Shown here: piece by piece, positions 49,999 to 63,789 of the stretch
How positions within the stretch are numbered: the stretch's first letter is position 1
How the letters are laid out: each line of letters starts with the position of its first letter
Source of the DNA: Daphnia carinata
Lineage: Eukaryota
NCBI RefSeq assembly: GCF_022539665.2
Contig: NC_081333.1
Coordinates: forward strand, 11,656,001-11,720,000
Length of the DNA: 64,000 bases
Reading direction: 5' to 3'
Program-made: the position numbers and the translations under genes
Notes under the pieces: model-generated
Told to the model about the DNA's origin: nothing
Seen by the model: the letters and a program-made list of their open reading frames with translations, nothing else
Databases searched by the model: none

Positions 49999-52947
49999 TT
50001 ACTCAACCATTTGCACAAGGACTGTCATGTCAGGTGCACGGCCAAGCCAAAATAACACGCGAAGACTCCAAAAGGTTAGCCTCATCTGGGTTTTATCCCA
50101 CCTGTTTGGTAATAGCATTTTATCAGAAAACTATGCAAAACAACCGATAATTGAATCTTAGTTTCGGTGTTACCACAACCGCCAATCGAAGAGAAATTGT
50201 TGCCAGATTCCTTGAAGGCGTTGCCGGAATGAAGCTCCTGGAACGATGAAAAATCCTCGCGTGGCGCTTCTTGCCATCAATGTGTATCGATCGACAAGAC
50301 TTCCATGGTCTTTAGTTATTGCCCTAACAGTATTGATGTTCCTTAAGACATAAAAAGAAGCCGTTATTCACTTTAATATGGATTTGTTATACAAGATCAT
50401 CTGTTTTCAAGCGTCGCTTTAATTTGACGTTCAAGTGAGTGTTCTCTAACTTAAAACAAGCGAATTCAAAAATTTAGCGAACTTAATCTATCAACTTTGC
50501 TGCATAACATGCTTTTCTAACACTATGTCAGACTATACTCTTGGATCAAGAACCAGTTGTCTGGTGATATTATTACCTAATAGTTAAAAGCATCGTTCTT
50601 GGCATCGAACGAAGATTGTTCATGATCATGTCGAAACGCTGAGCCGCCATTTCCTGCATATACTTCATATCACTTTCAGAAAGGTGGTTCAAATTGGTCA
50701 AATTGGGAGTTTCATTCCCGACTGGTCTTTGAAGAAGCATTTCAGCGAAGAGCAAGTAGTCTACGGAAACAAAACCACGAAAAATTTTTGTGGTTCTTTA
50801 TCTTCTTATAAAAATCAAATAAATAAAAAGTAAAAAATAAAAACACTAATAGCTCTTAATGGATGCATCTGATGCAGCAAAATTGATGATTTTTTCAAGC
50901 TGCTTAACGTTTTCGATAAAGCAGGCTATAAATACCTAAATATAAGCATCAATTGAGAGGGCATCGCTCGGAAGCTGCTCATCATCCGCTCGTGAACGTC
51001 TTCCATTTGAATGCGTATTGCATGGCGTTGTTCGGTTGTCATCTTCTGCCATTCGCCTGCTTTTGGCCCTTTGTGATCGTAAAACATCCCAAAGACCTGG
51101 CTTATTGAATCACCGTCAGCTGGCCAGGGCGGCGCTGAGATATAGCGCTGCGATACGGCCATGCAGAACAAACGGTAATCTAGTCATACAACCTCAATTG
51201 ATGATGGAAATTTTTCCGGAACAAAAAGACTGTCAGGGCAGTCGGCAGGATTTCAACTGACAAGGATGGACACTATCGAAGCAAAGTCGCAAAACAAGGA
51301 GGAAAACTAACCGTTAACTCCAAGTTCGGCAGCATGGCGTTTCATTCCGGCATGATCGTTGAGTATAATTGAGGACCACAGCCGGCAAAGGGACTTGCGA
51401 ACATTCGACGGAAGCTCTTCGTATAAGCCATGGTCTAGCAGAACAATCTCGGCGTCACCTTTCTTCCTTTTACGGACCAGGACTACAAAAGGTGCATAAG
51501 CAAATAAAGTGAACCGTATGAAACTCGAATGGGGTTTTCTGACTTACTGTTTCCTGGATGGGGATCGGCATGGACAAAACCCGTATGAAATATTTGCTCA
51601 GCAAACGTTTCAATCAGCTTGTGGCTGACTTCCTTTATCGAGAGTCCTGCCTTCTCTAAGGAATTGGTATCGCTTACTTTGATCCCGTCAATAAATTCGG
51701 TAGTCAATACTCGCTATATGGGAGGAAAAATGAGAGCGAAATGAAGCCAAATTTGTAAAATAGGAACGAAGATTTTCATTCCGTTACTTTCGTTACCTTG
51801 CTCGTAAAATCCCAAAAAACTTTTGGTACGTAAACGTAAGATAACGAAGATAGTTCTTTAGCACATCTGCCAAATATTCCGTTATTAATACACTTTCTTA
51901 AAATTGAAGGCGAGCTTGGTTTACCTTTCACCATTGTGACCTTCATTTAGAAAATCAAGTTCCTTGCAAAGTGTTTCCTTTAAATCCTGCACAAAGTAAT
52001 GAGGTAAGTTTCGCGTTGCAAAAATGTAATCCCGAGATAATTTCGAGTGTCTTGTCATTCTTCCATACCTTAAGTACCCATTTAAATTCAAATTTTGGGT
52101 GCATCCAACTGATCAGTTCCAAAAGTATTTCAATGGTTGTAATATCCCCGTTAAAGCGATCCAATAAATCAATGTACTGAACCTTCACGGCAACTTCCCT
52201 TCCATCGTGACATTTGGCACGGAAAACCTATGACAAATGAAATAGTAAATTTTCGATGAGCACAAAATTGCCTCTTTGTCTTAGGATTTACTTGAGCCAA
52301 ACTTGCTGCAGCAATAGGCTCCTCATCAAATGACTGAAACAACTGTTTGTGGTCCTTTCCAAATTCTTCATCGAATAGTTGCCCAATTTCAGTTGCACCT
52401 CTGGCAAGACATCTATCTTGGAGCACTTTCAATGTTTCTAAATATTCTTTGGGTAGAATGTGATTCATGGAAACCAAACCCTGTCCAAGTTTAATATACA
52501 ACCCTCCATTCTTAAGGCAGCAAGCTAGAATCCGGTCAGCAGTGCGCTGATGGGTTTTTTTCAATTCCTGCTGATATTGTATTGAATCTTCATCAATACT
52601 TCTTAATGACCACCAATAGTCTGTAGATATGGTTGCTCCAATTACAAGTGATCTTCATAAATAGTATTTGATTATTTTAGGTTTCACTGTTGGTTGTTTT
52701 AGCTAATGTATTACCTTAGGAATCTACCTATGCCTTGGACTGTAACCCTGGCCTTTCGTTGTTGCTGGTTCCCAGCCTGGAGATACCAGATACCAGGTGT
52801 AGCAATAGCAGTTGCAAATAAAAGACCCCATTTCTTCTTGGAAGTAATTTTGAAACTTGCATTGGATAGTGTAGTACACTTCCTAATAGGTTGGTTGTGT
52901 AGATAAATAACTTTGGCAATTTTTATACCTCTGATTGAAGTGAACAT
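49999..52947 (-). CDS. ADCK5: aarF/ABC1-domain atypical kinase 5 (mitochondrial), with two mutually exclusive exons
   Basis: [43 protein letters not shown] and [10 protein letters not shown]-terminal basic mitochondrial-type presequence. Alternative exons 51179-50936 and 50760-50577. Confidence 0.9.
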
Positions 52948-53416
52948 GATTTTTTTGAAGTTCAAATATTTCACATAAAAATATCGTCTATAGGAAAGAT
53001 AATCAAAATACAATATGATCACCAAATCATGATCACTGGCGGGAAAAGGAGGTAATTTCAGTAGAGAACACTGAAAAAGTTCACTGTTAATTATTATATT
53101 ATAAAAAATAAATAAAATCTTAAGCTGTAAGACTAAATGCAGGAACAAGACGATTCGTTATTCGTCTCAGTATTTCAGACTCCCTGTCAATTTCTTTACG
53201 TAACAAACAAATTATTATCTACTTTTCACAGTTCTCAAACACATAGTTTCGTCTGCTGGTAGTTCCTTCTAACAATCGTCTGCTACTTCAGTCGCATACT
53301 AGTCACTAGTCAGTCAGTTTACTTATGTTCCTACTGCATCATAACGCAAGGAGCATTACCAAAACTAAAAAGTAGTTCATTTTTGCTTGTAAAAATAAAA
53401 TAAAAAATATTCAGTA

Positions 53417-54145
53417 ATGGTTTTTATTTTTTGTCGTCCTGGAGTTAAATTAGTATCATGGAAACCTACAGAGTTTTTGAATGCATCGTTAAAGCAAGGC
53501 AAAATGGTTCGCGCTCTACAGTTTCATTCGACGAGCAAAAATACCGGTAAAAAAGACGTGGACTCATCACTTGCCGGAAACGAAAAACGAAAAACACTTT
53601 TGGATAGACTAACAAAAAACCTGAACTTTGGAACATGGAAATTCTACATGCAAGACTTAGTTTTCAAAAATCTCAAGCCAGACATTGTGCCCCTGTCTTA
53701 TACAATGTGTTACCGGAGTGGACTTGAAACATATGCCAACTTTGCTATTACAACAGCTGTATCAGCAGCAATATGCATATCAGCAGGTGTTGTATATCAA
53801 CTGCTTAAAGTGGATTCTGCACCACTCACAGAAGAAATAATAGGCTTTGGCATTGCTGGGGTGGTTTCTATTATTGCTCTGATGTATGTGTCACTTAGAG
53901 TACCTCTTCGCATATACTACTCTCCAAAGTTTGATGACTTTCTTGTCTTTATGCCCCGATTTATACCATATGCCACAAGAAAACTGTGTATTCAGCCAGG
54001 TCAGCTTGCACCACCTGCAAGCACCTCAGGATTCCTTCCTTGGATTAATCTCCAGCACATACATACAGAGACTAAGCAAAAGATGCTGATGGATGGTGAC
54101 AAGTTTATATTGCCAATGTATTACAACAAACTGATGGGTTATTAA
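53417..54145 (+). CDS. Intronless 242-aa putative mitochondrial two-TM membrane protein (TMEM70/186/223-like architecture)
   Basis: Clean ATG-to-stop ORF, basic N-terminus, two hydrophobic segments followed by RVPLRIYY. Head-to-head with ADCK5. Family assignment is tentative. Confidence 0.6.
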   Translation: MVFIFCRPGVKLVSWKPTEFLNASLKQGKMVRALQFHSTSKNTGKKDVDSSLAGNEKRKTLLDRLTKNLNFGTWKFYMQDLVFKNLKPDIVPLSYTMCYRSGLETYANFAITTAVSAAICISAGVVYQLLKVDSAPLTEEIIGFGIAGVVSIIALMYVSLRVPLRIYYSPKFDDFLVFMPRFIPYATRKLCIQPGQLAPPASTSGFLPWINLQHIHTETKQKMLMDGDKFILPMYYNKLMGY

Positions 54146-54383
54146 CACCATATGATTGTAAATCAGCATTCATTAATAAATATGAATTAACCAAACTAAA
54201 TCAGTTGAGTATATAAAGGCACCAATTTGACAGAGCACTTGATGAATGGTCAGTTCTTTTCTTTTTCTTCTTCCCAATGTTTTTGAAATCATTTGATGAT
54301 CGTGGTATATGAATGACTGAATGCCCTTTAACGCACTCGCCCTTTCCCTTATACGGACTTCATAGAAATCAACTAGGGCATGT

Positions 54384-57300
54384 CTACTTTTCACGAGTAC
54401 GATTAAAATCTTCAAAAATTTGGGATTCGATTTCGTGGAATTCCGCGCGAGCTTCTTGCGCTGCTGCCTCGTCGCCTCTCTCCTGTGCGTCGATGATTTG
54501 AGTCCGTAGTTCGCGAAGCTTGTCCCTTTTCAATAGCACCGAACTCCCCTCATCCTGTGGTAACATTTTAGCCATTAAAACTGAATCTCTTATTGCACGA
54601 CGTTTCATTACCTTTCTTTTGTGGAGATCAAGGAAAACAAGTAACGAAGCCATTTCGAGAAGTTCACTAAAGCCATTCTTTAGGGGAATACTTCGGAATC
54701 CCCGGCGAATACACAAAAGCTGCGCAAAAGTAATTGCATTACGATAAGCTTCATAAATATGTAGTAAAAGAAATTAACAAATTAAAAATGCCTACCGGGT
54801 ACGTTGCTTGCGCAATAAGATGAGAATCGCCAAACATATCTACGGAAAAGAATTCACTTTCTTGTAATATTATTTCAATTGACTGTTAAAAAATAAATAC
54901 CTATATCGTAGACAGCAAAGCGCAGGAGCGCCAAGGAGGGGCAAGAAACTTCGAGTTGAAATGTTTCATCCCAAACAGGATTGAAACCATTATCAGCTGT
55001 AAAATAATTACTATTAGTATGCAAATAACCTTATTATTGCTTTCTCTTTCTTATTACTTATGATCTTTGTGGTGTGTTTGTTGTTAATGTTGTCTTGCTG
55101 GTTTCCAATAATCTCAATTTCTACGCAAGGACTTACTATCCCTCGTTTGGACTTAGTTAAATGACGGGCTGCTATGACCTAAATGCAATAAAGTTTTGTA
55201 AACGTTAGTTTTTCTAACGAAATTGTATGGCACCGATGATGTTTACCTTAACAACGACAACGACAGGTTCTTCAGCAGCCAGTATCGAGGATTCAGGGGA
55301 GTTCTTCAGCATAAAGCTTGGCTTCAATACATAACCACATTTGCCGTTTTGCAAAAACTTACCCTCATTTAACTGCATGCTTTTATCTGTGAACAAAACA
55401 ATAGATAAATCGCTAATGCGAAAGCGAATACAGAGCAATCGTAATGACCAACCAGGGGTTTGGTAATTTAATGCCGCCATTTGGGAACCAACGTTCCAAA
55501 AGGGAACTGGACAATAATTGCTAGAGTCTATCCGCTGTCCTTTTGGGTAGACACGGCTGAACATCACCTAATAACAAAAACATGTACTGTATGTGTGCAA
55601 AATGATAAGTTACAAAAATGTTTTGAGATCAACATACCTGGTGGTACCAGAGAAAGAATTTTTGCTCTTGAAGCATCAACTTTTCCGCTTTTTGCTCCGG
55701 GAATGAAGACATTTCATAAGGATTCCGCCCCTCACGTAGAATGCGTTCCTGATTGAACGTCACTGCTCTGCAATAAACGATGATGTCTGACAGCTCTTTA
55801 GCGATCCGCCACGTCAGTTCAATTTCGCGATGCATATTTTCACGATCGCTACACCGCTGCGCGACACTCCTTTACAAAGCATAAAGCCATTAGAGAAACA
55901 CCACAGAATATAATTGTAAAACACGACAATACTTGATAGTGTTACACCAATCGATAGCATCATCCTTAGATTCTACACCCAATTCGATTGGCTCTGTGTG
56001 GGACGGAGACTTCACCCGGAGTAGCCATTCGGGAATAGTTTACGAGCCAGAACATTGTCTCCTATGGTATCAGGGGGCGAATGTGACCTGGCTGGAGAAT
56101 GTAACGCTACTAGCTCCACAGAGGCACCCGCTACATCGTAGCTACCTTTCTGCAAATCACCCAGTGGCGTAACATCTGTGGACTGAAATTAATATAATTT
56201 TAAACTAAAGTGCAAGCCTACTGCCTTTGATCATCATTGTCTGATAAATTCTCACGTTTTCATTCTGCATTTCTTGGGTAATGTCAATTTCTTGCGTATA
56301 ATTAGCTGGGAACAGAAGTTGCTTGCGACCTCCATAGTCACCCCGCCACCAGCCGTTATCTTCTTTTTTTACGTTGTAGATAATAGCGTGTTTGCAAAAA
56401 CAAAGCTCGTCTTCCTGCTGACTGCGGTAATCATAAAGAGCTTTCACGGTTACCTATTTTAAAAGAAAAGTTAATTCTCGGCAACACATCGACATTATTG
56501 GGGCTTTAAAACGATTACCCCAGTCAAAGCGTTAGAATCCATGTAACCAGGTGCATCTTCACCATCTTGTGGACTCTGGAGAAAAATTTAAGAAACATAG
56601 CCGTTTTTAATCTAAAACTTCAAAACAACGAAAAACTAACAATAAAAAGATTCAAAAGTGTTAATATTACTAAATCAATGTCGGTTTTTGACATTAGCAA
56701 GGTCATTTCTTCTTGTTAGGATGCAAGCCGAATAACAGACTTGTTAACATTCTTGTCGTATCTGTCCGACCAATGTGAACATCCCTTCCTATTTTTCTAG
56801 GAAGTAGTCATTTCTACTTATTGAAAGTTCAACATTCGGTTTCTAGAACGATCGTTCTTGAATGGCAAAAAGGATCAGTTAAGAAACGGCTAGGGCAATA
56901 ACTTCAAACAAACCAGTTCATTCTCAATATTCATGATCAAAGCGCAATGACCTTTGTAGGGCTTACGTTGAAGTATATAGAATGCGACAGGTATGCCGAC
57001 CGTCTTCAGTCTTACGTCTTCAATTGGCGACAATGAATCGATGGGTAATACACAGAACGAGATCTTTTTGGCCTACGAAAAACGTAACAGTCTATGTTTC
57101 TTTTAGTTTGTTTTGTTCGCAGTTTGCAATGCTGTCAGTGGGATTGACGCGCGTCCACAGGAAGTACCTCCTTTTTAATTTTTTACTTTTACCGCTTTAA
57201 TACTTTATTTCTATCTTTTCTAGCGTTACATAATGAAGCCAAATAGAGATATCCCTCACTTCGTAGGTGGTATCCCAGTACCTTTGGTTGGCCAAAGGCC

Positions 57301-60300
57301 TGTTATGCCTATGCCTTCGCCAATGCTACTGGGTTTACCCGTCCCTCTAGCAGGATCAGTTATTCCATTAGCACTCTGGCCATACTTCAATCAATTCAAC
57401 CCCTTTTTCATTTCAAACGGGATCTCTAAGCAGCGGGAAAGCACCCCAGTATCGATTTCTACATCCACGAGTTTGGATTCTGAGAATGAAATGACGACTT
57501 CTATCCCTATGAAGTCAGAGGAAAGTACTGCAGCTCCCCTAACCGCTACGCAGGCCGACCTTCCTTCACCAGTTCCGATGGCAGATTCAGGGAAACTAGC
57601 AGATACGGTAAGCCAAGCGGTAACACAACCATCTGTATCTACTCCGGCATATTCAACGTCACCGTCATCATTAGCCATGTCGACTATTCCGGTCATTACG
57701 GTAAGTTTAGCTTCAACAAGCACATATGCATGGTTTAAAGTAACTGCGCTTTCCTAACTATTGGGAAAAATTTAGATTCAGCGAGACGGAGACTACGACT
57801 TTGAATATAGCGTGAATAATCAAGAAAGCGGGGATATGAAAAGTCACGGAGAGAAACGATTGAACGGTGTCGTGACGGGATATTATTCGCTTGTAGATGC
57901 GGACGGGATGCTGCGCAAGGTCAATTACACGGCTGATGCTAATGGCTTTAGAGCGACAGTTAACAGGCTACCTATAACCAGCCAATAGATCGACTATTCA
58001 ATTATCACGACGTCTACCGAAAATATAATGGAATTCTCTTTTGTAAAAACACAACGATTATACCTTAGAAACTGGAAAGACGTGATGAATTAATAATCCG
58101 GAAATTAACTTAAAAATATACGGTAAAAATGACGTAAAAATGAAATTACCACTCCACGTTGACGCACGATCTCCTCTGTTACTGGGTAGCGAAGGCGAAC
58201 CTTACGGTAGAGGGGATTCTTTTCGTAATAGCTAACCAAATCGATGAGGCTCTCAAACTGGGCCGTTCCAATTATGTACAATCGGCCCTCTTGCTTTATG
58301 CGGCAATGTTTGATTTTTCCTTCGGCCCTTTGTAATATGAAAATGGTCCATTAAATATTTTCATAAAGAAGCTAAGGCTAAGCAAATAAAGATTTGTGAA
58401 ACGTGAAGCTAAATGTACCTGAATGAAATGGAAAAGGTATTTAACTCTCGCTCACTTGGCCTGACCAAGAATGCTCCATCTCTCGGGATCCAACGAAGTA
58501 GTTCTTCTGCCTTTGCTCGCACGGTTGTCGGATGGTACCAATCCTTGCTTTCATGGGTACAAGGCTGAGGAACAGGTTTATTCAAAACGATACTAAATCC
58601 CTGTAAAGGACATTCAAGTGTTCTTTCGGTAAGCGATTCAGAATATACCATCAAATTATAGTGGACTTACCGGACTTCGAAGGGGAAGAGTTTTGTAGTG
58701 AACAACTAAACTGTACAAGCTGTCGTAGTAGTTGGGTTCTATCAGATAATATTTCGTTCTTCCCCACTCTTGTCGAGTGCGTATGTGACAGTGATAGACC
58801 TTCTCTTGACGCCTTGAATATTTAGAAAGAATAAAAATATCGTGGTACGATCAAGTGATTAATACAAGTATGTGACTTACCAAAAGGAAAGCGAAAAGTC
58901 ACCGACGAAGTTGCCACTCTTTCGGACAAGGAAAGCTCCGTCACCTAAGGAGGGTCCATATTGTTGTAATAATTCTTCCGCTCTAGTTCGACCCCCTGCC
59001 AGTCTACCATGGAACCATTCCTCGCCAAAATGTAGCTCGTATTCCGGAACACCCTTCAGCAGAAGCATATAAAGTTTAGATACAAATTTATTAAATTTTG
59101 CAAAAAAATAGCTACCTCTCGCAAGGTCTGTTGGGCTGTATCAGAGACATCGTCGTCTGCTTCTTCCGGTTCATTTTCCTCTGGATGAACTTCTGTGTAG
59201 AACATTTTGGCATCACTTAGAACAAAAAAGTGCGAGACCCATTCTCTCTCTAGTTTATCCTCCAAGAATAAAATGCCATTTTTTTCCGAGTTTGAGAGAT
59301 CTAAATCTTTTACTTGTGAAAAGAAATGATAAATATGATAATGAGCCAATTTAGACTGAGTTAATTAGATATAACATACTACTACTGTCGTCAACGCGTC
59401 CTCCTGAAGGCATGGTTTCATCAGTTGAAGTGTATGTGGCGCCTTCAGGTAGTTTTTTGTGCTTCAATAGAATTTTCTTTCGCAACGCATCGGGTGAAGG
59501 CATATAAGTTTCATTTTTTTCAAGAGGCAATGTGAGCAGCATCGAACCAAAAATCTCTTCAAAAATTTTTGCCATCTTTCTTTGTTGTGGAAGTGTGCAG
59601 TGGTCTTCAATTGAAAGAATGACTGGGTAAACAGACGCACTAAAAGCGTGCTCTTTGATCGTTTTAACTACGTCTAGGAAGCGAATTTTGCTTGTAATAG
59701 TATGGCCATGGTAAATAAAAGGCATCCCATCAGGACCATCCCAACAATCTAGCTCTATGCAACGGCAACCTTGATTAAGGCAACGTGCGTATGCCTCGAC
59801 ACTAGATATACTAGAAAATTGGTCGCCTGTCAAATACCTTATGGGAAAACGAGATATATTCCAACAAATGGTTCTATAAGAATATTTTAGATTGGAAATG
59901 CCGTTACGTGTTATGTGAAGAAGCAATCCAATAATTAGAAAGCGGTTGGGTCATATCCTGATTTACGACATTGTGCTGGGAATCCAAAAGCTCGTTATGG
60001 TGCGAAAAAAGGTAACTTGTGAACTGAAAAGAAATGAAAATAATAACCATGAACGTGAAAATGACCAAATTGCATTTCCGTATCTTTTTCACCTCTTTTG
60101 GAGTGAAATATGCAGCTTCGACGTTGCGTCGTGGATCTTGTACGAAATCCCTCATAAAGGCAGTGGCTGCATCGGCTTCCATCGGTGGGTCACCTTGTTC
60201 TGCAAGAAATCTTTGGAAATCTGCCAAAGATATAATGCTTCCATCCGTGGAATACTTGTGGAAGAAGGACCGGTACATCTGTGAGGCACAACTGAGTTTT

Positions 60301-61242
60301 GTTCAAAAAGCGACTTGATCACCGGTAGAAAGGCATTTTGTACGTTTTCGTCGTAGATGAGGATGTGGTAGAGGGAAGCGAATTCGTCGAAGGATAATTC
60401 GCCTAATCTTCGACAATCTACTTCATGAAAAGCTTCTTTAAGTCGAGGTTTGGTCATTTGGCAGTTTACTTGTGGCAAAAACGCTTTGACATCTTTCAAC
60501 GTCACAGTTGTTCTGTCGGTAGTCATATTGCAAAATTCCTTCCATAGCCATCGCTCCATTTGCAATGGGTACGAGGATGTGAGAGTGTCACGGGACAAGT
60601 ATCGTAGTCCCTTCACCCAAAGATCACATTCCGGTCCAGAAAGCGCTATCAACGAAATTTAGAACTGTGTCATATAGAATTAAACTAATCTAAAAGTAAT
60701 TACCACAAATAGAAAGAGTTTTTAAGCAAAAATCTTGGCCGTAAAAAACTACATAACATCGATTTTCGTCGAATTTTCGGGCATCGTCTGGCCATCGTTC
60801 AAAATCCCGTGAATTTCTGCCAGGTCTTACTTCCTTGACTTCTCTCAAATCAACTGATATTGACAAAAGGGAAAAGTGTTCTGGTTAATGTACATGGCTC
60901 GTAGAATTCAATTACAAAACATGATTTTTAAAAAGCTTAAAAAAAGGTTCTTGAACCAATCTTGTTTTTGGAAAGCTCAAAAGAAATGTATGCTAGATTT
61001 ACACATTAGTAAACAGTTGTGATCTACAGTAATATTACAAAAACATTACCAGCCCCTTCGAAGACATTCCTCTTGGTCATTGGTCTATACCACACAACTT
61101 GACGTGTCTCTCTTTTAACTGACAAAATCCTTCTGTCAGGATGTTTCTTCTGGAAAAACTTAGTGACAACGGTTCCTCTCTCCAATTGGCAAATAATGTT
61201 TTCCATTTCTGGAAGCAATCCGTTCCCATCAGTTTCATTCAT
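54384..61242 (-). CDS. PLCG1: Phospholipase C gamma (small wing ortholog); apparent 1-bp frameshift at ~56040
   Basis: PH domain, EF hands, X box ([24 protein letters not shown]), nSH2 (WFHG..FLVRKS), cSH2 (WYH..FLVRPS), SH3 (ALYDY..WWRGDY), split PH, Y box ([15 protein letters not shown]) and C2. Confidence 0.96.
57033..57988 (+). CDS. Cuticular protein with chitin-binding Rebers-Riddiford (RR-2-type) domain, nested antisense in a PLC-gamma intron
   Basis: Exons 57033-57044 (MNRW), ~57107-57163 (signal peptide), ~57224-57700 (Pro/Ser/Thr-rich) and ~57776-57988 ([56 protein letters not shown]). TATA-like sequence at ~56974 and TCAGTC at ~57006. Confidence 0.88.
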
Positions 61243-62833
61243 GGTTCACCTGATTTGATTATGTTAGCGACGGATCAAAGAAGGGAAAGATGGAACACTC
61301 CCTCTGTCTCACGGCAAACGGGAGATAACTAGGTACCATACGAGACAACGGGGAGGACTCAAATTGAGGCAAAGGCTTATTGATTCTGGCAAATTACCAG
61401 AAAAAGTAAGCAGGATGTAAATAATTTATGTACCAAATAAGTACTGAAATCTTGATTTTCTACAACATTAATCTACTGTAAGACTCGTTCACTTTGAATA
61501 CTGATTATAACGTACATCTTTAAAACAGCTGACAGCCAGTTAGTTCCAAAGTCTCTTTGCTGCTGTCAACTTTTTTGGCCTGGAGGAATCAAGTTTTAAA
61601 GCGTGGTAGTCATAGCAAAGGCTGAAGGGCGGGGCTTAATGCAAACATGCCTGCCCTGCCTTTCAAATGCTCAGATTGAATTTATATTTCATAACCAACA
61701 AAGCTAAAGTTATCATTATCAATGTTACAAGAAACCGAAATTAAAAAAACAAACTATTATCGATACAATAACCAGTTGTAAGTGGATATCACAACAATTA
61801 GCTTATGTAAAATGTATTACTGTATTATGCTTGCCAGGCTAGCCGGTATAGTAATTAATAACAACATTCAGAAACTGTGAAAGAATTATAAGATATCAAT
61901 AAAACTAATAACTACCATTCGTTTGAACTCTTTGCTTGACGAATGGCTGGAACACGGCGGTCGTCCCTAGTGCAGATGACAGTAGGCAACTCTACATTTC
62001 TTTCTCAAAGCGTCAAAATATAAGAAAAGATGCCTTACTCGTGTACAAGCGTTACACAGACGCCTTTTCTTTTCGATTATTACAGGATTTAACACGAAAA
62101 TAAATGTACTATGGCAAAACATTTAATATAGCCGCCATACCAGCAAGGCGATGGAGAACGCTGAAGTGCCTTACATTACGGCTACCAACTACAGGACGAT
62201 ATTATGCTTTGAATTCGTCGAATCAAATTGAAAGCGCTCCACTAACGGAACACATTACACCAGGATGTATTATAGAATACAATTTTTCTGTGAACGGTTT
62301 TATCCAGAGATTTGCAGCATATAAGCGCAGCTTTGCAAGTTAATTTTTCTTACGTCGAGCACTTGCCAATTCTATCATCAAAAACTATCTTAGCCGAGAG
62401 AGACGATTTGGTTGGGAAAAAGGGGCAAGTAGACGTGTTTCTCGGTAGATAATAATGTTGGGATTCTGGGTAGGATTATTGAAAAAGGATTTATTGGTGC
62501 TAGTGAAGGTCATTCCTAGAAAAGAGCGAGAATGATCTTGTCTATATATCTAAATAGGAAAAAAACGTTCTATCAAAATCAATTAAATGTTTCATCTCGT
62601 GACAAGATATTTGGAATTTTTAAATTAGAGATTCTCGGAATTTTTCTTTTTCCCGATAGCTTTGGCAAACAATGATTCACAATAGATACCATATATTGTA
62701 TACGGTCTTATCTTTGTTTAGCAGTTCCCTTATCACTCTCATCCAGTCAATATCAAGTGTTATGCTAGAAAACAGCGCGAAATTAGCGACAGAGTGAAAT
62801 AAGCAGTCAGTTTGCGACGTCAATGAAGTCACC

Positions 62834-63789
62834 ATGGTTTTGTCGGCCGCAGAATTGGAAGCAGCTAGCACTTGTAAATTAATTAACGGCGATAAAGCTA
62901 AAATATTATCACTGTTGCACCTGAGGCAGAATACCGACAGTTTTCTTATTCAATGTCTTGCTGACCGTGAAATTCAAACATTAATTTACGTTGATGAGAA
63001 CGTGTCCTCGAAATCAGCTTATCGTTACAACTGTGCCGTAGTTCACAATCCCCATGCCTGCGTTCATGTAAAACAATGTTAAAATATGTTTTTAAAATCA
63101 TAACCTATTGTTACTTGTACCTTTTCCAGTTGGATGCTGTTAATGGTCACGGTTGGAATGAGAAGAAAAATCAACCTTATGATCCGAAGTTGAATTTGGG
63201 CAAAATTTTTGCTCAGCAGCATTCTAACCGTAAACTGGATAAGTCAGCTAGAAGCAATCACGAAAAGAAGCAGCAACAAATTGACCAATTAGAAGAAACC
63301 ATACGAATTCTTCAAGAGGAAAACACTAAAATGAAACAGAATTACCTTAGCCGTTTAACACAACTTAACAGCGCAATTGAGAACTTCAGTGATAGTAACA
63401 TGAAACCAAACAGTCAACAGGTAAATCAGCTCCAGCAAAAGATACAGTTGCTGAATTCGGATTTGCAGTCCCAGACGGCGGCAGTACGACTACTCAGAGA
63501 TGAAAAGGCTAGTTTGCAAACTGTGATTAATAACTTACGAGTCATGTCACTTTCCAAGAACAATACGAACGTATCTGATAACAAGCGGACTGATCAACTT
63601 GAGCAACAGTTAAATGCGATGAGATTGGACTTGCAGCGCCAAAATGACTTAGTCAGTTCATTGACCGAACAGAATTCTAATTTGCTATCTGCGGTTATGG
63701 AACCTCAAGCTAGGATACATTCCCAACGCGTTTATTCCCAATCCTCCAGGACAAACAATGAGCAGCAAGGCTGCTGCATTATCATGTAA
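62834..63789 (+). CDS. Uncharacterised coiled-coil protein with C-terminal CaaX motif (GCCIIM); 5' end uncertain
   Basis: Putative exons 62834-63067 and 63131-63789 joined in frame by a gt..ag intron. Long heptad-rich Q/N/L segment; ends in C-C-I-I-M-stop. Confidence 0.55.
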
